From: Gemmatimonadota bacterium
Lineage (GTDB): Bacteria; Gemmatimonadota; Gemmatimonadetes; Gemmatimonadales; GWC2-71-9
Direction: 5' to 3'
Length of the DNA stretch: 64,000 nucleotides
NCBI GenBank assembly: GCA_003221035.1
Contig: QHUB01000017.1
Location: forward strand, 1,298 to 65,297
The notes beneath the pieces were generated by a model, which was given only the letters and a program-made list of their open reading frames with translations, was not told the DNA's origin and ran no database searches. Each line of letters opens with the position of its first letter. Positions within the stretch are counted from its first letter, which is position 1. Below, one piece after another: positions 62,751 to 64,000 of this stretch. The translations under genes and the position numbers were made by a program.

Positions 62751-64000
62751 CTGAAGCCCAGCACCGCTACCGGCGGCTCGGCAAATACGAGCTGCACCAG
62801 CTCCTCGGCGAAGGCGCGATGGGCATCGTGTGGAAAGCCTACGACACGGTGCTGCGCCGCTTCGTCGCGCTGAAGCTCCTGAGCGCGAGCTTCCGCAAGA
62901 CCAAAGACATGCAGGAGCGGTTCCTGCGCGAGGCGCGCGCCGCCGGCGCCATTCAGCACGCCAACATCGTCACCGTGTATGACCTGGGCGAGTCCGACGG
63001 CCAGCTCTATATCGCCATGGAGCTGGTCGAGGGCCGCGACCTTTCCGACATGATCGCGCTGCGCGATCCGCTCGCGCTCGAGCGCAAGCTCGACATCACG
63101 ATCGAAGTGCTCACAGGCCTCCACTTCGCCCACCAGCGCGGCGTGATCCATCGGGACGTCAAACCGTCCAACGTCCGTGTGATGCCCGACGGCCGAATCA
63201 AGATCATGGACTTTGGCATCGCGCGCCTGCAGAAGGCCGACGCGACGGGCTCCGGCGCGATCGTCGGGACGCCGACATATATGGCGCCCGAGCAGATCAC
63301 CAACGGCGCGATCACGCCCGCGACCGACGTGTTCTCGGTGGGTTGCATGCTGTACGAGTTGCTGTGCTACCAGCGCCCATTCGAGGCCGAGTCGGTGCAC
63401 GGTGTGCTGTATCAGGTGCTCACGACGGAGCCGCGGCCGCTCAGGACGGTGGCGCCTTCCATTCCGGCCGCGCTCGAGCGCGTGGTGGCCAAGGCGATGA
63501 ACAAAGTGCCGCACGAGCGCTACGAGTCCGCGGGCCAGATGATGTCGACGTTGCAGCAGATTCGCGCCGCGCTCTCGGGTGCGGACGAGGAAGCGACGCA
63601 GCCGCTGGGCCGCTGGACGCCGCTGCCCCGGCCAATGCTGAAACTGATCACCCACGCGTCGATGAAAGCGCGGCTTGCGGTGCTGGGGGCGCTCGCGGCG
63701 GTCGTGTTGCTCCTCCTGTATGCCCCGAGCCAGCCGGGACAGGACAACCCGGGAGTCGCGTTCGCGCCCGTGCTCCCCAATCCGCCGGCGGTGCGGCCAA
63801 GCCCATCGGGGCTGGCGCCCACTGGTCCGCCCACCGCTCCAGGTCGCGTGTCCCACGGCCTTGTCGCAAATCCCGATGCCCCTCCGGTCTCCCTGGCCGT
63901 CAGCACGCGCCGCGATTCCGCGCTCGCCGCGCGCGATCGGGCGATCGGCGCGGGCGCGCAGAAGAACAGCGTGCCGTCGCTGCTGCTCGCGCAGACGATC
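62747..64000 (+). CDS. Ser/Thr protein kinase (Hanks-type), partial, continues past window end
   Basis: GTG 62747 in a GTGA overlap. GEGAMGIVWKA, VALK, HRDVKPSN, DFGIA, GTPTYMAPE, then a TM helix (LAVLGALAAVVLLLLY) and a Pro-rich region. No stop codon before 64000. Confidence 0.85.
   Translation, partial: MTEAQHRYRRLGKYELHQLLGEGAMGIVWKAYDTVLRRFVALKLLSASFRKTKDMQERFLREARAAGAIQHANIVTVYDLGESDGQLYIAMELVEGRDLSDMIALRDPLALERKLDITIEVLTGLHFAHQRGVIHRDVKPSNVRVMPDGRIKIMDFGIARLQKADATGSGAIVGTPTYMAPEQITNGAITPATDVFSVGCMLYELLCYQRPFEAESVHGVLYQVLTTEPRPLRTVAPSIPAALERVVAKAMNKVPHERYESAGQMMSTLQQIRAALSGADEEATQPLGRWTPLPRPMLKLITHASMKARLAVLGALAAVVLLLLYAPSQPGQDNPGVAFAPVLPNPPAVRPSPSGLAPTGPPTAPGRVSHGLVANPDAPPVSLAVSTRRDSALAARDRAIGAGAQKNSVPSLLLAQTI

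Noticed and set aside
62312-63856. 514-aa minus-strand ORF
   Set aside because: It is antisense to the Hanks-type kinase, whose catalytic motifs (HRDVKPSN, DFGIA, APE) are unambiguous on the plus strand.

Overview
Very GC-rich bacterial chromosomal segment from a diderm organism. Gene content and repeat types are reminiscent of Gemmatimonadota/Acidobacteriota-like soil bacteria, but that is inference only and nothing was searched. All coordinates, start codons and RNA folds were worked out by hand from the sequence and the ORF track.

I support about 66 protein genes, 3 tRNAs and several repeat families. No CRISPR array, transposase, integrase or phage genes were seen.

Layout:
(1) 1.1-16.6 kb holds a surface-polysaccharide locus bracketed by tRNA-Arg(TCT) and tRNA-Pro(TGG). 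It carries a Wza-like exporter, two divergent Wzi-like paralogs, GT4/GT2 glycosyltransferases, a Wzz/PCP protein, an FkbM methyltransferase, a flippase, a ligase/polymerase-like protein, a WecA-like fusion and an SDR epimerase/dehydratase.
(2) 17-24.6 kb is an envelope-biogenesis block: rdgB, a heptose adenylyltransferase-like gene, a small membrane protein, an LptE-like lipoprotein, a second lipoprotein, a 971-aa peptidase/beta-propeller/Omp85 protein and a secreted HEAT-cyclophilin.
(3) 24.5-29.6 kb holds a thioesterase, a 796-aa tandem aldehyde dehydrogenase, deoC and a novel-looking Cys-pair repeat protein.
(4) Next come lpxH, murI and a lipid kinase.
(5) 32.6-33.95 kb holds three tandem paralogous small zinc-ribbon proteins lying immediately 3' of a tRNA-Sec (selC) gene.
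(6) 34-48.8 kb is housekeeping: ridA, fhs, tatD, secDF, ribF, truB, rbfA, infB, nusA, rimP, pgeF and murA.
(7) Then membrane proteins, gatCAB, pcrA, a histidine kinase and serS.
(8) 59.8-64 kb is a Roadblock / response-regulator / ManC / sugar-nucleotidyltransferase / Ser-Thr-kinase operon.

Most interesting observations:
- The selC-adjacent triplet of uncharacterised Zn-ribbon paralogs.
- A family of tandem heptanucleotide repeat arrays that sit inside coding regions. One is an 87-nt in-frame inverted pair in the linker of the tandem ALDH.
- A 28-nt perfect palindrome present twice.
- Two enzymes (thioesterase, TatD) whose catalytic N-terminal motifs are encoded upstream of any ATG/GTG/TTG.
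- An 18-Cys repeat protein with a His/Met patch.
- An Omp85 barrel fused to a peptidase and a beta-propeller, translationally coupled to a HEAT-cyclophilin.
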